A program made the translations under genes and the position numbers. Below are positions 62,387 through 64,000 of a stretch of DNA of 64,000 nt, one piece after another. The notes beneath the pieces are model-generated. The model worked only from the letters and a program-made list of their open reading frames with translations. It had not been told where the DNA came from and made no database searches. Position 1 is the stretch's first letter. Every line of letters starts with the position of its first letter. The DNA is taken from positions 118,678 to 182,677 of the IMG/VR virus record IMGVR_UViG_3300028920_002946, one strand, 5' to 3'. Source of the stretch: a virus.

Positions 62387-62783
62387 GGGTGCGACTCTTG
62401 AGGAGGAGGCGCTGGAGCACGCGCTGACCACGTCGAGCTTCCTCATGTGCATGGCGTTTATAGAGAAGATAGTTCGGGGCGAACGGCCGAAGGATCCAAC
62501 GAAGAGGACCTTGAAGATATGGCTGCCAGAGGGCAAAACATCGCTCGGGATGAAGATAGCCGAGAACAACGAGGAGGCGCTCCTCTTGGTGAGGGATTCG
62601 GACGAGGCGGGCGAACTCGGCGGGAGGAAGAACAGAGTGCACGCGGCAGACTCGGAGGGGTTGAAGAACAGGAAATGCCTCGTCGCCATCGTGGACGACG
62701 CCAGCCAGATAACCGAAACGAGGATGGCGAAGATTATGAAGGCTCTCGAGTCGTGCCAGCCCGTGTACATCCTCATAGGGTGA
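62364..62783 (+). CDS. Hypothetical protein with degenerate P-loop-like features
   Basis: PEGKTS and AIVDDA. Confidence 0.45.
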   Translation: MDQTPQDEGATLEEEALEHALTTSSFLMCMAFIEKIVRGERPKDPTKRTLKIWLPEGKTSLGMKIAENNEEALLLVRDSDEAGELGGRKNRVHAADSEGLKNRKCLVAIVDDASQITETRMAKIMKALESCQPVYILIG

Positions 62784-63004
62784 GTCCAAGCCCGGTTAGG
62801 CTGTTCGTGCAAGCGATACCTCGAGAGTTTCCGGGGGCGAAAGCCCTGCGCCGCAAGTCGGCCGACGAGAACGTCATCATCGTGAGCGGCGTGGAGGACG
62901 GGGAGAAATTCGACAGGTTCATCGAGAACAGGCTCATTCTACCCCTGCTACAGACAGGGAAGGAGCCCCCCACGGTGGTGGTTGAAGGGGACAAAACCAT
63001 ATGA
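62780..63004 (+). CDS. Small hypothetical protein
   Basis: GTGA overlap with upstream stop. Confidence 0.4.
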   Translation: MSPSPVRLFVQAIPREFPGAKALRRKSADENVIIVSGVEDGEKFDRFIENRLILPLLQTGKEPPTVVVEGDKTI

Positions 63005-63107
63005 CGTAAGTGTCCGGGTTCACGTAAGTACGGGTGTTCAAGCCCCCCTGATTTCCTTGGTGCGTTGCCGTGCGTCAGCCGTTCAACAACAAACCAAGGA
63101 GACAAGG

Positions 63108-63344
63108 ATGAACTCCGAGAGATGGGGCACCCTCCAGGGCATCAAGGGGGAGATCAAGGAACTGGCAACCGACCTCCGCGAGAACAAGCGGTGGAAAACC
63201 AGGGAGTCACGGAGATGCAGGCACCTCCTCATAGCCTACGGGCTTCTTCGCGGGCGGCGGTATGAGCAGATTGAGCGCCCTCGTGAGGGCAATGAACCCG
63301 ATTGGCTGGCTGTCAAGGAGATCAAAGATGCCTGTCCAGCCTAG
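63108..63344 (+). CDS. Small hypothetical protein
   Basis: RHLLIAYGLLRGRRYEQIE; AAGGAG RBS. Confidence 0.6.
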   Translation: MNSERWGTLQGIKGEIKELATDLRENKRWKTRESRRCRHLLIAYGLLRGRRYEQIERPREGNEPDWLAVKEIKDACPA

Positions 63345-63636
63345 AATGTACGTGTTGGTCAGGCGCGACCTCTCCGACAACTACCGCATGGTGCAGGGCA
63401 AGCACGCGCTCGCCCAATACGCCCTGGACGAGCCCGTGCTGTTCAAGGTGTGGAACAACGGCACCATCGCGGTCCTCGGGGTCAGGAACCTGATAGAGAT
63501 GAAGATGTGGGAGCAGAAGCTGCTCGCCATGGAGAAGAGGTTCAGCGCGTTCCGAGAACCGGACCTTGACGGGCAGCTGACGTCCCTTGCCTGCTTTGAC
63601 GTGGGTGACATCTTCGCCAGCCTCAGGCCGGCGTGA
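63328..63636 (+). CDS. Peptidyl-tRNA hydrolase PTH2-like protein
   Basis: MYVLVRRDL..VQGKHA..FREPD.DGQLTSLA. Confidence 0.75.
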   Translation: MPVQPRMYVLVRRDLSDNYRMVQGKHALAQYALDEPVLFKVWNNGTIAVLGVRNLIEMKMWEQKLLAMEKRFSAFREPDLDGQLTSLACFDVGDIFASLRPA

Positions 63637-63644
63637 CACGGTGT

Positions 63645-63720
63645 GCGCCTGTAGCTCAACTGTCAGAGCAGTGGTCTTTAACACCATGCGTTGCGGGTTA
63701 GAGTCCCGCCAGGCGCGCCA
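63645..63720 (+). tRNA. Putative ochre suppressor tRNA (anticodon TTA)
   Basis: 7-bp acceptor GCGCCTG/CAGGCGC, loop CT-TTA-AC, CCA; T-loop TTAGAGT. Confidence 0.7.
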
Positions 63721-63775
63721 TTCATTCTATCGAAGGGAAACGGACATGTTATAGCACCCAACAAGGAGGCATGAC

Positions 63776-64000
63776 ATGTCACGTTCCTACCGCAGGCCGT
63801 GGGTGACGGAGCAGCAGAGGCGGGGCGCCCGCTACTCGAAGAGGTTGGCGAACCACAAGGTGCGCCGCACCCCGGACATAGCGAGCGGCAAGGCGTACCG
63901 CAAGGTGTTCGACCCGTGGAACATCCGCGATTGGAGCTATCGGTGGACTTGGGAGGACGACAACGAGTCCCGGCCGTTCTGGAGGGCCATCTGCAAATAG
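63776..64000 (+). CDS. Small basic hypothetical protein
   Basis: AGGAGG RBS; MSRSYRRP start. Confidence 0.6.
   Translation: MSRSYRRPWVTEQQRRGARYSKRLANHKVRRTPDIASGKAYRKVFDPWNIRDWSYRWTWEDDNESRPFWRAICK

Noticed and set aside
1-64000. rRNA, tmRNA, RNase P RNA, integrase or transposase genes
   Set aside because: None of their signature sequences or motifs were seen.

Overview
A 64-kb segment of what is most likely a large, GC-rich dsDNA bacteriophage. This is inferred from gene content and density; no capsid, terminase or portal gene lies in the window. Bases 1-12 kb hold a minus-strand replication/transcription block: a sigma-70 region-4 protein, 5'-3' exonuclease, NusG-like factor, DnaX/HolA/HolB-like clamp loader, primase core, patatin, and a Dam-type methylase with an antisense LAGLIDADG gene nested inside it. 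Bases 13-34 kb hold three C5 DNA methyltransferases, each overprinted by a second-frame partner ORF, plus RecD2, SSB, RuvC, RecA, split SbcC, SbcD, a Cas4-like nuclease and a beta clamp. Bases 34-49 kb hold putative late genes, DnaJ, intein-containing NrdD with NrdG, an amidase, and pncB-nadE. Bases 49.5-64 kb hold 21 apparently intact tRNAs (one with an ochre-suppressor anticodon), two degenerate tRNAs, a release-factor gene with an in-frame UGA and a PTH2-like hydrolase. The standout observation: each of three tRNA clusters is headed by a perfect TTGACA-17-TATATT promoter, a 19-26 aa leader peptide and mutually exclusive antiterminator/terminator hairpins. The leader codons match, anticodon for anticodon, the tRNAs encoded downstream. 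This looks like ribosome-stalling attenuation that switches on exactly the tRNAs that have become limiting.
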